From IMG/VR virus record IMGVR_UViG_3300036793_000104, positions 1 to 62,034 of that record: a stretch of DNA of 62,034 bases. One strand, 5' to 3'. Source of the stretch: a virus (lineage: Duplodnaviria; Caudoviricetes). The notes under the pieces are model-generated. The model was not told the DNA's origin and searched no databases. It was given only the letters and a program-made list of their open reading frames with translations. Positions 43,432 through 54,325 of the stretch are shown piece by piece; the stretch's first letter is position 1; every line of letters starts with the position of its first letter. Position numbers and translations under genes: made by a program.

Positions 43432-44259
43432 TCACGCGGCGCCCCCGTCTTCGAAGTCCAGGACTCCTTGCGGCGTGAAGTTGCTCCACAGCACCTCCGT
43501 GCGCTCCTTCCACACCGACCCCTGGCCGGTGGTGGCTGAGATCTCGTGGACGTACCAGCCGCTGTACAGCTCGTCGTACAGCGGCGAGTGGTAGCCGGAG
43601 AGCACGACGGCGGCGGATGTCGAGTTGAGCGCTTCAGCTAGTCCTCGGTGCTCTGCCTCGTCGGGCATCTCGTGCCGGTAGCCCATGCCGCTGCGTGTGG
43701 TCCGCAGGTACGGAGGGTCGACATAGAGCAGCGTTCCGGGGTGGCTGTACGCGGCGACTACCTCGAGGCCCGGGCGGCACTCGAGCGACACATTGGCGAG
43801 CCGGGCCGCAGCGGGAGCCATCCGGCCGAGGTAGCCGGCCAGGTAGGCGGGCATCCCCATCGTGGTTCCGCCCGCGTCAGCGTGGAACCTCCAGCCCGTC
43901 TTGCGAAGCGTGCCGGTCCGGCCTTGGGTCAGCTGCACCCAGATCCGTCGGGCTCGCTCGAGGTCGGTCAGGTTGTCCGGGCGGTTGTAACTCGCCTGGT
44001 GCTCCGCACGGCCGTGCGGTGTGAGACCGCAGACCCGGGCGAGATCGTCGGGCTGGTCGCGCAGCACGCGCCAGAACGTGATCAGATCTTGGTCGAGATC
44101 GTTGATGGTCTCGAGCGCGCTGGCGGGCTTTGCGAGCAGCACCGACAGTCCGCCTGCGAAGGGCTCGACGTAGTGCTGATGCGCTGGGAATAGCTCGACG
44201 ATGCGCTCAGCAATGCGCTGCTTGCCGCCGAAGTACGGCACGGGCGGGGCGATGCTCAC
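43432..44259 (-). CDS. Dam-like (D12 class) N6-adenine DNA methyltransferase
   Basis: PYFGGK, YVEPFAGG, ND, YVDPPY, EVLWSN. Confidence 0.93.
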   Translation of the reverse strand: MSIAPPVPYFGGKQRIAERIVELFPAHQHYVEPFAGGLSVLLAKPASALETINDLDQDLITFWRVLRDQPDDLARVCGLTPHGRAEHQASYNRPDNLTDLERARRIWVQLTQGRTGTLRKTGWRFHADAGGTTMGMPAYLAGYLGRMAPAAARLANVSLECRPGLEVVAAYSHPGTLLYVDPPYLRTTRSGMGYRHEMPDEAEHRGLAEALNSTSAAVVLSGYHSPLYDELYSGWYVHEISATTGQGSVWKERTEVLWSNFTPQGVLDFEDGGAA

Positions 44260-44510
44260 GCTGCTGCTCCCCGTCCTGGCTGCCGCGACTTCTGGATCTC
44301 TTCGGCGAGGTCGGCCGCGGTGGCGTTGGCGCTGACTTGGTCGCCGGCCCGGAACGCGTCGACGGCGTCGCCGAGGTCTTGCCGTGCCCTGATCTCAAGC
44401 GGCCCGCCGCGTACCCCGACGAGGTGGAGCGCGAGGTCGATGGTGCGGATGCCTGCGACGGCGTCCATGAGGATGTCTGCGCGCCACCCGCCGGTCTGTT
44501 CGTGGCTCAT
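44256..44510 (-). CDS. Hypothetical protein
   Basis: Coupled 84-aa ORF. Confidence 0.6.
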   Translation of the reverse strand: MSHEQTGGWRADILMDAVAGIRTIDLALHLVGVRGGPLEIRARQDLGDAVDAFRAGDQVSANATAADLAEEIQKSRQPGRGAAA

Positions 44511-45292
44511 GCCGCCACCCCGTACCGCTCGGCCTTGATGCCGTAGTCGTGGAGGATCGTGCGCGATGAGACACCGGCGGCGATGAGGCGCCGGGCGACC
44601 TCTTCGGTCTCTCCCTTGTGGAGCTTGACCGTGCGATCCCCGGCGATGCGGCGTTCGATCGCGGCCTCGTCGATGATCGCCGCGGCCTTCGGGTTGTCTT
44701 TGAGTCCGGCCGGTTTGGCGTTCGGGTCGTCGATCACGTCGTCATCCCAGGCCAATGGGACGATCCAGCCGACCTTCCGGGCGTAACGCCTCTGCCTGTC
44801 TGCGCGCCATCCTTCAGGCCGGATCATTGAGAGCAGGTCGTATACGCGAATGACGTGGTCCCTGGTGTTGACGTGGACGCGGTCCCAGTGGCCGCTGGCG
44901 ATCTGGTTGACCCTGCTCGGGCTGACATTCAGGGCAGGGGCCAGGTCGTGAGCGGTGTGTCCAAGAGCGAACAGCCCCTGGAGGCGGCGCATCGTCCCGG
45001 TCGGGTCGATGTGGACTCGATAACCGGCGCGACGGCGTGCGCGGTACCGGACAGCGTGCTCCCGTGCGCGCTTCCGGATCTCTGCGCGCTCGGTTGCGAG
45101 CTGCCGCCATGTCGCGATGTCTTCGTCGCTCGGCCACTGTGGACCGAACTCGCGTCGCTTTCTGCGCCATGCCGCGACGGCCTTTCGGCTGACTCCGAAC
45201 GCTTCGGCGGTCTGTGCCATCGAGGTGTGCTCGGCGTGCTCGAGTACGACGCGAATGATCGCGGGGTCGGTGCGTGTGTCGCAGGGGGTCAT
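44507..45292 (-). CDS. Multi-HTH DNA-binding protein
   Basis: AQTAEAFGVSRKAV; RRLQGL.ALG; PLAWDDD.IDDP.A.P. Confidence 0.75.
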   Translation of the reverse strand: MTPCDTRTDPAIIRVVLEHAEHTSMAQTAEAFGVSRKAVAAWRRKRREFGPQWPSDEDIATWRQLATERAEIRKRAREHAVRYRARRRAGYRVHIDPTGTMRRLQGLFALGHTAHDLAPALNVSPSRVNQIASGHWDRVHVNTRDHVIRVYDLLSMIRPEGWRADRQRRYARKVGWIVPLAWDDDVIDDPNAKPAGLKDNPKAAAIIDEAAIERRIAGDRTVKLHKGETEEVARRLIAAGVSSRTILHDYGIKAERYGVAA

Positions 45293-46146
45293 GACGACCG
45301 CCCTTGACGCCGGGGCTGGATGCCTTGCTTCAGGATGGTCTTCTGGATCGCGGTGAGGGCGACGCCGTATGCCTTGGCGAGCGTGCTCATGGACTCGCCG
45401 GCGAGGTATCGCTGGCCGATCTCTTCGCGCTTCCCGGCTAGCTTGCCGCGACCCGCGAGAGACTCACTGCGGTCTCGGATCTCGACCCCAGCCATCCTGA
45501 GTGCGCCGTAGACGGTCTTCGGTGCGACGCCGTAATCACGGGCGATCTTCAGGACACTCTCGCCGTCCTGGTAGCGGCGAGCTACGACGATCCGCTGTTC
45601 GGATCTGATCTTGGAGTTGATGAGCTTCGGCCGCGGGCCGCGCGCAGGGAATGCGGGCGTCGGTTCGTCATGCTCCCTGTAATCGGTGGCGAGTTCGAAC
45701 GTGTGCACTGCCCGCCGCGAGGTGGCCGCGGTGCCGCGGATCATCTCGACCCGGCTGCTGTCGGTCCACACCGAGTCGTCGACTATGCCGTCGTTCGCGA
45801 TGTAGTTCTCGCGGATCTTGCCCCAGTCGATCCCGATCTGTTGCTTGTGGCCCCGGTACCGGACGGGCGCAGTGGGCAGGCCTTGGTAGTCGCCGCCGCC
45901 GACGTGCTGTCCTCCGGCGCCGATGTGGCCGGCGGGAAGCGGCTCGCGTTCGGGCTTGTCGGCCTTGCGCGGCTCCCCGGTCTCGAGGACGTATCCGGCG
46001 GACGTGAACCGGTTCTGGAGGGTGGCGCGGGCGACGCCGTGGTCCTGGCAGATCGCGTCGACGTTGTAGCCGTCGCGGATCCGGGCGGCGAGGTCGGTGA
46101 TCGGCGGGAGGGTCGACGGGCGGCCCTTCTCGACAGGGAGTGTCAT
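45289..46146 (-). CDS. Multi-HTH DNA-binding protein
   Basis: Repeated RY..GES...(I/L)A..YGV HTH units. Confidence 0.75.
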   Translation of the reverse strand: MTLPVEKGRPSTLPPITDLAARIRDGYNVDAICQDHGVARATLQNRFTSAGYVLETGEPRKADKPEREPLPAGHIGAGGQHVGGGDYQGLPTAPVRYRGHKQQIGIDWGKIRENYIANDGIVDDSVWTDSSRVEMIRGTAATSRRAVHTFELATDYREHDEPTPAFPARGPRPKLINSKIRSEQRIVVARRYQDGESVLKIARDYGVAPKTVYGALRMAGVEIRDRSESLAGRGKLAGKREEIGQRYLAGESMSTLAKAYGVALTAIQKTILKQGIQPRRQGRSS

Positions 46147-46430
46147 GCTGCGTCCCTCCTGGTCTCGGTGATGGGTGTGCGGGTGCGGCGGTACTTGCGG
46201 ATCGGGCTGCGGTTCGCGGTGTCGCCGGTGGACTGGATGTAGCCGGCCCGGCGGAGGTAGCCGTGCTCGACGGCTTGGGCGAACAGGCCACCCCTGGACT
46301 TCTCGGGGATGTCGGCGGCAGTGAGGAGGTCGCGGAGAAGGTTGCTGGTGACCTCGTCGCCCGTGCTGGTGGTGTCGAGGACGCGCAGGAACGCGACCCA
46401 CGCGTTGTCGTTCATGTCATTGCGAGGCAT
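46143..46430 (-). CDS. Hypothetical protein
   Basis: MPRNDMND...; GAGGAG RBS. Confidence 0.6.
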   Translation of the reverse strand: MPRNDMNDNAWVAFLRVLDTTSTGDEVTSNLLRDLLTAADIPEKSRGGLFAQAVEHGYLRRAGYIQSTGDTANRSPIRKYRRTRTPITETRRDAA

Positions 46431-46547
46431 CGGTTCGCTCCTCTTCGGTGTCGGTTGATGGCTGGGTGCGTTCACAGGCGCACCAGATGCCGGCGAAGAT
46501 CTCGGCGCGGGTTACTTCTCCGCAGCTTGGGTCGTTGGGGCAAGGCA

Positions 46548-48296
46548 TCAGGCCACCGCCTCGGAGTGCAGGACTGCGCGCAGTCGGCCGCCGATCCATT
46601 CGCCGACGGCCGGGGTGACGGCGTTGCCGTAGCCGTCGACCTGGTCACGGGCGGATCCCCAGACCTTGAACTCGCCCAGGTGGTCGCCGAAGGTGACATC
46701 GAATCCGCAGCCGCGGCCGATCTCGTGGGCGGCCATCATGCGGAAGTAGCAGTCGTCGAGAGTCAGATCGGCGAGGGCTTCGCGCCACTCGGCGGCCAGG
46801 AGCGCGGTCGTGTCGCGGGAGGTGAGGGTGCCGAGCGGGTCCGTGACCGGGTGCGCGGCCGTCTCGGTGCCGGTCGAGCCGTTCTGCTTGTACCAGCCGG
46901 AGAACAGCAGCCCTGGGGTCTGGTCGCTGGTGACGGTCGGCATCGGTTCAGCGTGGGTCGTCGGGATCGTGTTCTTCCGGAACGGGACGACTCCGGTGGA
47001 CAGGAGCCCCATGGTCTCTGAGCCGCCCTGTGTCGGCAGCGGCTCATCGGCGCCGCGGCCGGTGCCCTGGTAGTTGTTCACGGCAAGCAGGACGGCCTTC
47101 TCGTGGGTTGCCGTGACGGTGTCCATCGGGCGTGTGATGTGCTGCCCGTCGCCGTTGTGGCGGTGCGCGGCCATGACCTGGCCGGTGGACAGGATCGCGG
47201 TCTCCTGCTGGCTGGTCTGCGTCGACATCGGCTGCCAGGGATGCTTCTCGCTTCCGTGCGCGGACTTGGCCGGCATCAGCACTGCGGGGAAGTCGGCGAA
47301 CCGTCGGCGGCACCGTTCGGCCCGCGCCATGGTCGCGGGCGCCATCGGTGACAGCACCTCCACACCGGTGATCTTGTCCTTGAACTTCTTCAGCGGCTTG
47401 TCGCCGATGCGGGTACCGAGGTCCCTGAGGTCGAGCGCGTCGAGCGACGGGGTGAACGCGGGCACGACTTCCTTCCGGCACCGGGGGCAGCGGTAGTCGT
47501 ACTGCTTGCCGTACCGGACGGAACCAGTTGCAGGGATCGCGGTGCGCCACGTCTGCCGGGCTTCGACGACGTCCGAACAGTTGCCGCACCAGGTCGGTGG
47601 CCGATGCTCCAGGTCCGGCGCGGGGAGGTTCTTGTCCCAGAAGACGCCGTACCAGCGGTCGCGGGACTGGCCAACGCCGAAGAACATCGAGTTCAAGAAC
47701 AACACCTTGTGGTCGTAGCCCTCGTGCTCGAACTGCTTGAGCCACCAGCGGTACGTCGAACCGTCGCCGACCTTCTTCTTCCCGGGGACGAGCGGCCCCC
47801 AGGACTGCAGCTCGGTCGTGCACTCGACCAGGATCAGCCGCGGGTGATGTACCTGGGCGTAGTGCAGTACGCAGTTCGCGGTTGCCCGGTCGCGCTCGGA
47901 TCGGGTGACGCGCTCCTCGTAGTCCGGGTCGTTGAAGTTGAACAGGGTGAGGCCCTGCTCGTACGCCTTCTGCGTGTTGGCCTGCGAGTGGTTCACGCAG
48001 GAGACGCCAGCGGCGAGGAGATCGCCGGGCGGCAGGTCGCGGGCGTCGTGGTAGTCGGCGGATTCCGGGTCGACGAGGTCGGCGATCCAATGCTCGGTGG
48101 TGGGGTGGTTGGCCTCGTGCACCTCGACCTTGTACGAGTTGTGGTTCGCGGCGGTGATCACGTCGAACCCGGCACGTTCGATGCCCTTGCTCAGTCCGCC
48201 GAACCCGGAGAACAGGTCGACGGCGACGAGGGTGTCGTGGCGGTTGCGGCGCTTGACCGGCGCCGGCCGGTGCGTGGCCACGCGTGCGGTGCTCAT
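46548..48296 (-). CDS. C5-cytosine DNA methyltransferase with variant motifs
   Basis: Motif I DLFSGFGG, IV GVSC, VI LVEC, VIII Q.RDR, X GNAV. Confidence 0.88.
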   Translation of the reverse strand: MSTARVATHRPAPVKRRNRHDTLVAVDLFSGFGGLSKGIERAGFDVITAANHNSYKVEVHEANHPTTEHWIADLVDPESADYHDARDLPPGDLLAAGVSCVNHSQANTQKAYEQGLTLFNFNDPDYEERVTRSERDRATANCVLHYAQVHHPRLILVECTTELQSWGPLVPGKKKVGDGSTYRWWLKQFEHEGYDHKVLFLNSMFFGVGQSRDRWYGVFWDKNLPAPDLEHRPPTWCGNCSDVVEARQTWRTAIPATGSVRYGKQYDYRCPRCRKEVVPAFTPSLDALDLRDLGTRIGDKPLKKFKDKITGVEVLSPMAPATMARAERCRRRFADFPAVLMPAKSAHGSEKHPWQPMSTQTSQQETAILSTGQVMAAHRHNGDGQHITRPMDTVTATHEKAVLLAVNNYQGTGRGADEPLPTQGGSETMGLLSTGVVPFRKNTIPTTHAEPMPTVTSDQTPGLLFSGWYKQNGSTGTETAAHPVTDPLGTLTSRDTTALLAAEWREALADLTLDDCYFRMMAAHEIGRGCGFDVTFGDHLGEFKVWGSARDQVDGYGNAVTPAVGEWIGGRLRAVLHSEAVA

Positions 48297-48871
48297 CTGG
48301 TCCCCCCAGTGAGTTCGGGCCACCGGACCGCGTCCATGGCGGCGAGGTGGGCTTGCGGTAGCGAGTCCTCGATGGGTGCGCCGAGGTGTCGGGCTCCGAT
48401 GGCGGCGAGGATGAGGCTGTCGGCCTCGTCGTTGCCGGTGACCTCGACCTGCGGGTAGCGGCGGACGACGGCAGCGAGGACGGCGTCCTTGCCCGCATTG
48501 CCTTTGCCTGTTGCGTACTTGGCGCGGGTCGTGGGTGATACTTCGGCGACGTGGTACCACTTGCCCGCGTGTGAGACGACGAGCCACCACAGGCCGGAAC
48601 GGTCGTGCATGTGTCCGGTCTGGCGGGAGAACGCGGGCTGCTCGATGACGATGAGCGGGACGGAGTTGACCTCGGTCATCTCGTGCGCCTTGGTGATGCT
48701 CGTCTGGACGGCGTACTGAAGTTGCAGGAGCCGGTTTCGGCGTTCGTCGAGAGTGGCGTCTTTCTTGCCCTTGCTGACGATCCGCTCGACGGTTGTATCG
48801 CCGGTGGCGGTGTCGATGACGGCGATGCCGGTGGATGTGAGGCTGAGGTCGAGTCCGATGACGACGGTCAC
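48293..48871 (-). CDS. RuvC-like Holliday junction resolvase
   Basis: IGLDLSLTSTG, IE, KYATGKGNA.K, DEAD. Confidence 0.9.
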   Translation of the reverse strand: MTVVIGLDLSLTSTGIAVIDTATGDTTVERIVSKGKKDATLDERRNRLLQLQYAVQTSITKAHEMTEVNSVPLIVIEQPAFSRQTGHMHDRSGLWWLVVSHAGKWYHVAEVSPTTRAKYATGKGNAGKDAVLAAVVRRYPQVEVTGNDEADSLILAAIGARHLGAPIEDSLPQAHLAAMDAVRWPELTGGTR

Positions 48872-50460
48872 TGGCCTGCCACCTCCTTCAGGTGCTGTTC
48901 GATCTGGTGGATGCCGCGGGCGGCGCTGCTCTGGATGAGTCGCTCGACGCGTTCGGCCTGGAGGCGGGCCTGCTCGTTGCTGCGGGCCCGGATCAGCAGG
49001 ACGACCTGCCGGCGGGACGGGGTACTCACAGGACCACCCCGGCCGGTGCCTCATGCTCGGGCGCGGTTTCGAGGTGCTCGGGGCACCACCAGTCGCCGGT
49101 GTCGCCTGGCTCGTCATTGACGAGGTTGTCGGTGCGGTCGCAGTCCGCGCACTCCGGGAGCCGGTGGTGGTCGCAGTAGTGCTTGCCGTCCTCGGTGACC
49201 TGGAGGCCAGCTTCGCGCCATTCGTCCTCGGCGTGCCCGGCCTCGGTCCAGCACTCGTACTCGCTGACGTCGATGGTCGCGTACTTGCAGTTCGGCCCAT
49301 CGCAGACGACCTTGTACATGGTGACGTTGCGGACGCTCACGGGTGGGCTCCTTCGACCTGCAGCGCGATGAGGTTGGCGCGTTCGTCGAGCCAGTCGGCG
49401 AGGTTCTCCGCCTCGGCGGCTCCGTCGCGGGTGCGGGAGTTGCGTGCGATCTCCCGCTGCGCGCGGGCCGCGTCGCGCAACGCTTCGGCCTTGATCGCCT
49501 CGGGGTCCGTGTCGTCGCTCAGGTCGATGCCTTCGCGCTCCAGGTCCTCGCTCAGCATGCGGCGGGCCTGGGCGTGGCCCTGCCAGCGCCAGTAGTCCTC
49601 CATGTTGCTGGCCGGGCAGTTCTCGAGCGCCCGGATGAAGTTGGCGCGCTCGTCGAGGAACTTCGTGACGACCTTCTGCAGGGCGCCCATCACTGGGCCG
49701 CCTTGCATGCTTCGCGGGCGGTCTTGTACGTCTCGCCCTGCGCCGACAGGGTCGGGTTCAGCGCGTTCAGCTTCTCGGTCGCAGCCTGGATACCGGCCGT
49801 GTCGAGGTTGGCTGCTGCGCCGAACGCGTCGGCCATGATGCTGACCGCCTGGGCGGAGGTGCCGATGACCGTGTCGGCGTCGTCGAGCGCGTCGAGGCAG
49901 GACTGCGGGACGACGGTGGTCGTGGTGGTGACGGTGGGTGCCGGGGTCGGTGTGACGGCCGGGTGGCTGGTGGCGTAGGTCGCTGCGTCGGTCGCGTTGT
50001 TGTCGGTGACGGCGATCGCGATCCAGCCGCCAGCGACGGCCGCCGTGGCGGTGATCGCGGCGATGGTGATCTTCTTCATGGGCTCGGTTCCTGTTCAGTC
50101 AGTGGTTGGCCGGCGTGCGGCGCTTGTGTGTGCGGGAGGGGTCGGCGTGGATCGCGGCGACCCGTGACGCTTTGGTTTTGGTGCGGTAGCCGTCGGCCTT
50201 GGCGGGGCAGTCCTCGCAGGAGAAGCCCCAGCCGTTGTCGGTGACGTGGGTGACGGTCGAGTGGATCCGGTGTGGGTTCACCCGGCGTCCGCCTTGTCCT
50301 GCTCGGCGGGCAGGGACCGCATCTGCGACGCGGCGACGGCGAGAGTCGCGTGGACCTGGGCCTCGGCGAGCAGCTCCGTCACGGCCGCGCTTCCCCGCTC
50401 GTAGTCCGGCAGCCAGTCCAGGCAGCGTTCCGCCGCAGCGAAGTGCTCGGCCGCCTTCAC
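48868..50460 (-). other. Run of six small hypothetical genes, including a membrane-anchored/secreted protein at 49690..50079
   Basis: Coupled ORFs 48868..49029, 49026..49340, 49337..49690, 49690..50079, 50099..50281, 50278..50460. Confidence 0.6.
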
Positions 50461-51470
50461 GACTGACCGCCGTCCTCGACGACCTCAGCATCGAGGACCT
50501 CGCCGGTCCCGGTGTCGGTCATGCCAGCCTCGGTCCGGATCAGCAGGTCGAGCCGGTCGATGACCGCCGACGCCTCGTCCTTCGACAGCTGCTTCCGGGA
50601 CGTGACATCGCGGCCGATGACACCCATCACGTAGTCAAGGGCATCCTGCCGATCCGTGATCCCGGCCGCCTTCATCGCGACCGCGAGCTTCTTCGTCTGC
50701 GCGTCGGTGATCGTGCCGGTCTCGGTGACGACCTCCGCGTCCTGAATGTCCTGCGACGGCAGGGCGGTGTTGCCCGCCGGACTCGAACCGGCCTCGCCCG
50801 CTGCAACTGCGGTCTCCACCTGGGAGCCCGCCCCGCCGTCGTTCTGGGGGGCCTGACCCGCGGCCTCGCGCAAGGTCATGCCCGGTCGGTGCGCCGGTCG
50901 GTCGTTGACCTGCGTCACAGTCACGACATCGCCGGCGCTGTTCACCTCGGCCCCCAACTCCTCCGGGGTGTAGATCACGCCGTACATCGCGTCCGACGCG
51001 CCCATCCGGATCACCTCGGTGATCGCCCGGTTCCGCATCATCTGGTCCGGGTACGTCTTCCAGTTGCCCTTCCCGAGCAGGTTCGCGGTACGGGCCTTGT
51101 CCTCGTCCCACTCGGCGACGAACGGGTTCTCCGGGTCGTCCGCCCGGATCAGCTCCGCGACCACGTGAAGCGGGTTCCGGGTCACCTTCACCCGCAGTTT
51201 GTGGCCCGCCTTCCGGACGAGCGCGGCCATCAGGTCAGCGGACGCGGACGGCTTGCCCTCGATCACGTGGATGCTGTTGATCGCCTGGATCGCCGGGATA
51301 CCCAGCGCGTCGCCGAACTCCATCGCGATCAGCACGTTGCCCGGGTTCTGCTGGTACGCCCGCGGTAGCAGCGACGCCGTAGCGAGCGCCCGCGCGAACT
51401 GCATCTTCGTCTCCAGGCTGCTGCCGGAGTGCGACGCGATCGCGGGCAGGTTGGCGGTGGTCTCGGTCAT
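50457..51470 (-). CDS. RecT/Red-beta-like single-strand annealing protein
   Basis: LP..Y...P.N......G..LG....A...IHVIEGKP...W..YP.QM...RA...Y.PEE. Confidence 0.85.
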   Translation of the reverse strand: MTETTANLPAIASHSGSSLETKMQFARALATASLLPRAYQQNPGNVLIAMEFGDALGIPAIQAINSIHVIEGKPSASADLMAALVRKAGHKLRVKVTRNPLHVVAELIRADDPENPFVAEWDEDKARTANLLGKGNWKTYPDQMMRNRAITEVIRMGASDAMYGVIYTPEELGAEVNSAGDVVTVTQVNDRPAHRPGMTLREAAGQAPQNDGGAGSQVETAVAAGEAGSSPAGNTALPSQDIQDAEVVTETGTITDAQTKKLAVAMKAAGITDRQDALDYVMGVIGRDVTSRKQLSKDEASAVIDRLDLLIRTEAGMTDTGTGEVLDAEVVEDGGQS

Positions 51471-52342
51471 GATGCGATTCCCCTCATTTGCTTTGCGAGG
51501 CCACGGGCCGGCTCGATCCACGGCGTGCCTCCGTTGCGTGCCTTGCGGGTGGCGATGTGCTGGTTGCCGTACACGGCGCGCTTCGCGGTGCCGGTCGCTG
51601 CGAGCAGCTCCGTCTTCGCGAGTGCTGCGCGCTGCTCGGCGTCTTCCAGGTCGATGACAGCGGCGATGAACTCCTGCGCCACATCCCCCGGGACCTGGAT
51701 CTCGGATCCGTCGATCGCCGGGTGAAGCTTCCGCACCGACTGGTACGTCGAGGCGTGGCCGTCGATCGCCGGAGGCTCCCCCACCTCGATGCTGGCCAGG
51801 AACGCGGCGGCCCGGTCACGGGCGAACTCGGCGTCGTCCGCGTCGTACTCGACGACGTATTCCTTGAAGTCGAGGTACGACGTCAGGAGGGCGAAGTACG
51901 TGACGCTGCGGCCGGTGATGTCCATCGCCCACTGCGCCTGCGCCCGGTACCAGACCGGGACCTGATCCGTGCCGGGCCTGCCCCAGTCGTCGTTGCCGGC
52001 GTCGGTCTTGATCTCGAGCAGCGCGTCCTCACGGACCAGACCGTCGGGGTTCGCGACCATCCAGGGGCGCTGGATGCTCACCCACGTTCCGCCCGGGTAG
52101 CTGACGGCCCAGTCCGGGTGCTGGTCCTGGAACCAGTGCGCGATCGCGGGCTCGAGGTAGTGGCCGCGGGCCTGGTCCTTCGTCTGCGGCTCTGGATCCT
52201 CGCGTCCGGCCATGAGCTGCCAGAGCGTGTACGGCGAGGTCCACGGCGAGATGCCGAGGACGGCGCTGACCTTGCTGGCGGTCATGACCTTCAGCCACTC
52301 GGGCGACCCGGGCACGAGCTCCGGGATCTGGCGGGCGATCAT
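51467..52342 (-). CDS. YqaJ-like (RecE-type) exonuclease
   Basis: EW....TAS..SA.LG.SPW, G..LEP.I, PDG, LEIKT, Y..Q.QW.M. Confidence 0.92.
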   Translation of the reverse strand: MIARQIPELVPGSPEWLKVMTASKVSAVLGISPWTSPYTLWQLMAGREDPEPQTKDQARGHYLEPAIAHWFQDQHPDWAVSYPGGTWVSIQRPWMVANPDGLVREDALLEIKTDAGNDDWGRPGTDQVPVWYRAQAQWAMDITGRSVTYFALLTSYLDFKEYVVEYDADDAEFARDRAAAFLASIEVGEPPAIDGHASTYQSVRKLHPAIDGSEIQVPGDVAQEFIAAVIDLEDAEQRAALAKTELLAATGTAKRAVYGNQHIATRKARNGGTPWIEPARGLAKQMRGIAS

Positions 52343-53513
52343 GCGGTCACCCCGTAGCCGCGGCAGGCGATGCAGGTGTAGGTGTGGCCGGTGCGCTCGT
52401 CCTCGACGCTGCCTTCGCCATCGCAGAATGTGCACTCGTCGCCGCACTTCATGCGGGTGCACGGGCAGCCGTCCACCTCGCAGGGCGTCGCGGTGATCGC
52501 GGCGTGCAGGCTGTACGCCTCGACGCGGCGCGCCTCGACGATCTGCGCCGGGGTCATGCCGGTGGTGTCGATCGGCTTCGGCAGGTCGCGCATGACGTGG
52601 CGGCATTCGGCGTGGTTGCAGTCGACGCAGGGGACGCACTCGTCCGCGTCGAACCTGGTGTCCTTCTCGCAGACATGCAGCTGGGTGATGTAGTCGATCT
52701 GGGCAGCGGCACTGAGCGGGAACTCGAGGATGCTCATGCCGGGACCTCGGCCTTCTCGTCGCGGCGGTAGATGGCTGGCCGGCGCGTGACCCGCTCGACC
52801 CACGCGGTGGCCTCGGCGATGCACTCGGGGCGGTCGCAGACGTTGGTCGCGGCGTGCGATCCGCTTGCTGCGGTCCACGGGCCGGAGGTCACTACCCCGG
52901 TCCGCGGGTGGGTGCACTGGGCGCTCATTCGGGGGCCTCCGTCTTCATGAGGTCGGCGATGAGCGTGCTCAGCTGGTCCCGAAGTTCGGTCAGGTAGGTG
53001 ACGGTGTGCTTGGGGAGGCTCGGCCTGAACTGAATGGTGACGTCGCCCATGCGGATGACGGGGACGCTCTTGTCGGTGCCGCCGAGGGTGGCTTGGGGGC
53101 GGTCGCCCGGCTCGGGGGTGAAGGTGGCTTGCGTCCTCACCGGTCCTCGCCGCCCTGGCGCGTCTGGTCGATCGGCTCGACGGGGAGCGTGTCCACGACC
53201 TCGGCGCACACCGCGCACCACGGGCGGTCCGGCAGGGCCGGGTTCTCGCAGCAGCGGAGGCACGTCATGTTGGCCGGGAGGTACACCGGCTCGGGCGCGG
53301 CGATCTCGTCGTACAGGTCGCGGGCGCGCTGCATGCGGCGCACCAGCGCCCACACGCCGAGCGCGGCGAGCAGGACGACGGTGAATAGCACCGCCTTGCC
53401 CGGGGTCACGGGTGCACCTGAGGCGGCAGCACCAGCCACACGCCAGCCGCGAGGATCGCGATGGTCAGCGCGGGCAGTGCCAGCACCTTCACCGCCTGTC
53501 GGAGGAACTGCAT
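52339..53513 (-). other. Five small early genes (Cys-rich and membrane)
   Basis: Coupled ORFs 52339..52737, 52734..52928, 52925..53140, 53137..53409, 53406..53513. Confidence 0.6.
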
Positions 53514-53592
53514 GTCATACTCCTGTCGTTCTGATGGGTCGTCTCGACATCGCTTGCCGGTGGAGTCGAGGCGGCCCTTCGGTTTTCCGGGG

Positions 53593-53790
53593 TCAGGACG
53601 CGACGGCGTGGTCGCGGAGGTACTCGTCGAGCGCCGTGCGGGTGATGCGGTAGTTCGGGCGGCCGGAGGTCGCGATGTTGATCGCGGCGAGGTCGCCGCG
53701 GCGGATGAAGCGGCGGACGTGCTCGACCGACACGGCGAGCTCGTCGGCGACGTCGGCGGCGGTGAGCATCCGCTTCGTCGCGGTGGTCAT
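53593..53790 (-). CDS. Excisionase-like HTH protein
   Basis: LT..DVA.EL.VS...VRR.I..G.L.A.......YRI....L..Y. Confidence 0.85.
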   Translation of the reverse strand: MTTATKRMLTAADVADELAVSVEHVRRFIRRGDLAAINIATSGRPNYRITRTALDEYLRDHAVAS

Positions 53791-54095
53791 GCCGCCTTCT
53801 TCGGTCCGGCCGCGCTGGACTTGAGTCCAGTGGCGGTTGACTCGTTGGGCTCGAAAAGCGTGCCGGGGATGAGCCCGAGGGCCTCCTCGATGAGCTTCGC
53901 GATGTCCTTGGTGCAGGTGTTCCGCTCGCCGGACTCGAGCTGCCAGATGAACTGGCGGCTGCAGGTGGCATACCTGCCGAGACCTGCTTGTGAGAGGCCC
54001 TTCTGCTCGCGGTAGGCCCTCATCAGGTCCCGCTTGCGGAGTCTCATCCATCGCCCCCTGGCTCGTTGACGCCGGCGTGTGTGTGCAGGAATCAC
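53787..54095 (-). CDS. Cro-like XRE HTH protein
   Basis: GLSQ..L.....CSRQFI.QLE.G.R.TC....A..IE.ALG; GTG54095 with GAGGAGG RBS (alternative ATG54047). Confidence 0.85.
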   Translation of the reverse strand: MIPAHTRRRQRARGRWMRLRKRDLMRAYREQKGLSQAGLGRYATCSRQFIWQLESGERNTCTKDIAKLIEEALGLIPGTLFEPNESTATGLKSSAAGPKKAA

Positions 54096-54111
54096 TCTGT
54101 CGCCTCCTCTT

Positions 54112-54271
54112 GTGCTTGTCAAGCACCGTTGGACTAAAGGTCGCATGCCACTTGACGACGTGTCAAGCTGCCCGCCCAGGCAATTTCCCGTCTGCGCACG
54201 GCGTGTGCGGCTCTCTGCCGTCTCGGATTGCTTGACAGACTTGGTGGCAGTTCGGTCCATTAGTGCTTGAC
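54112..54271. promoter_or_regulatory. Immunity-region operators/promoters
   Basis: GTGCTTG-T-CAAGCAC (54112-54126), CTTGAC-N5-GTCAAG (54151-54167), CTTGAC at 54231 and 54266. Confidence 0.65.
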
Positions 54272-54325
54272 CGATCGATTCGGTCGCGCTGTACACGCGC
54301 GAAACGGCAGAGGGAGCCTGAGGAC

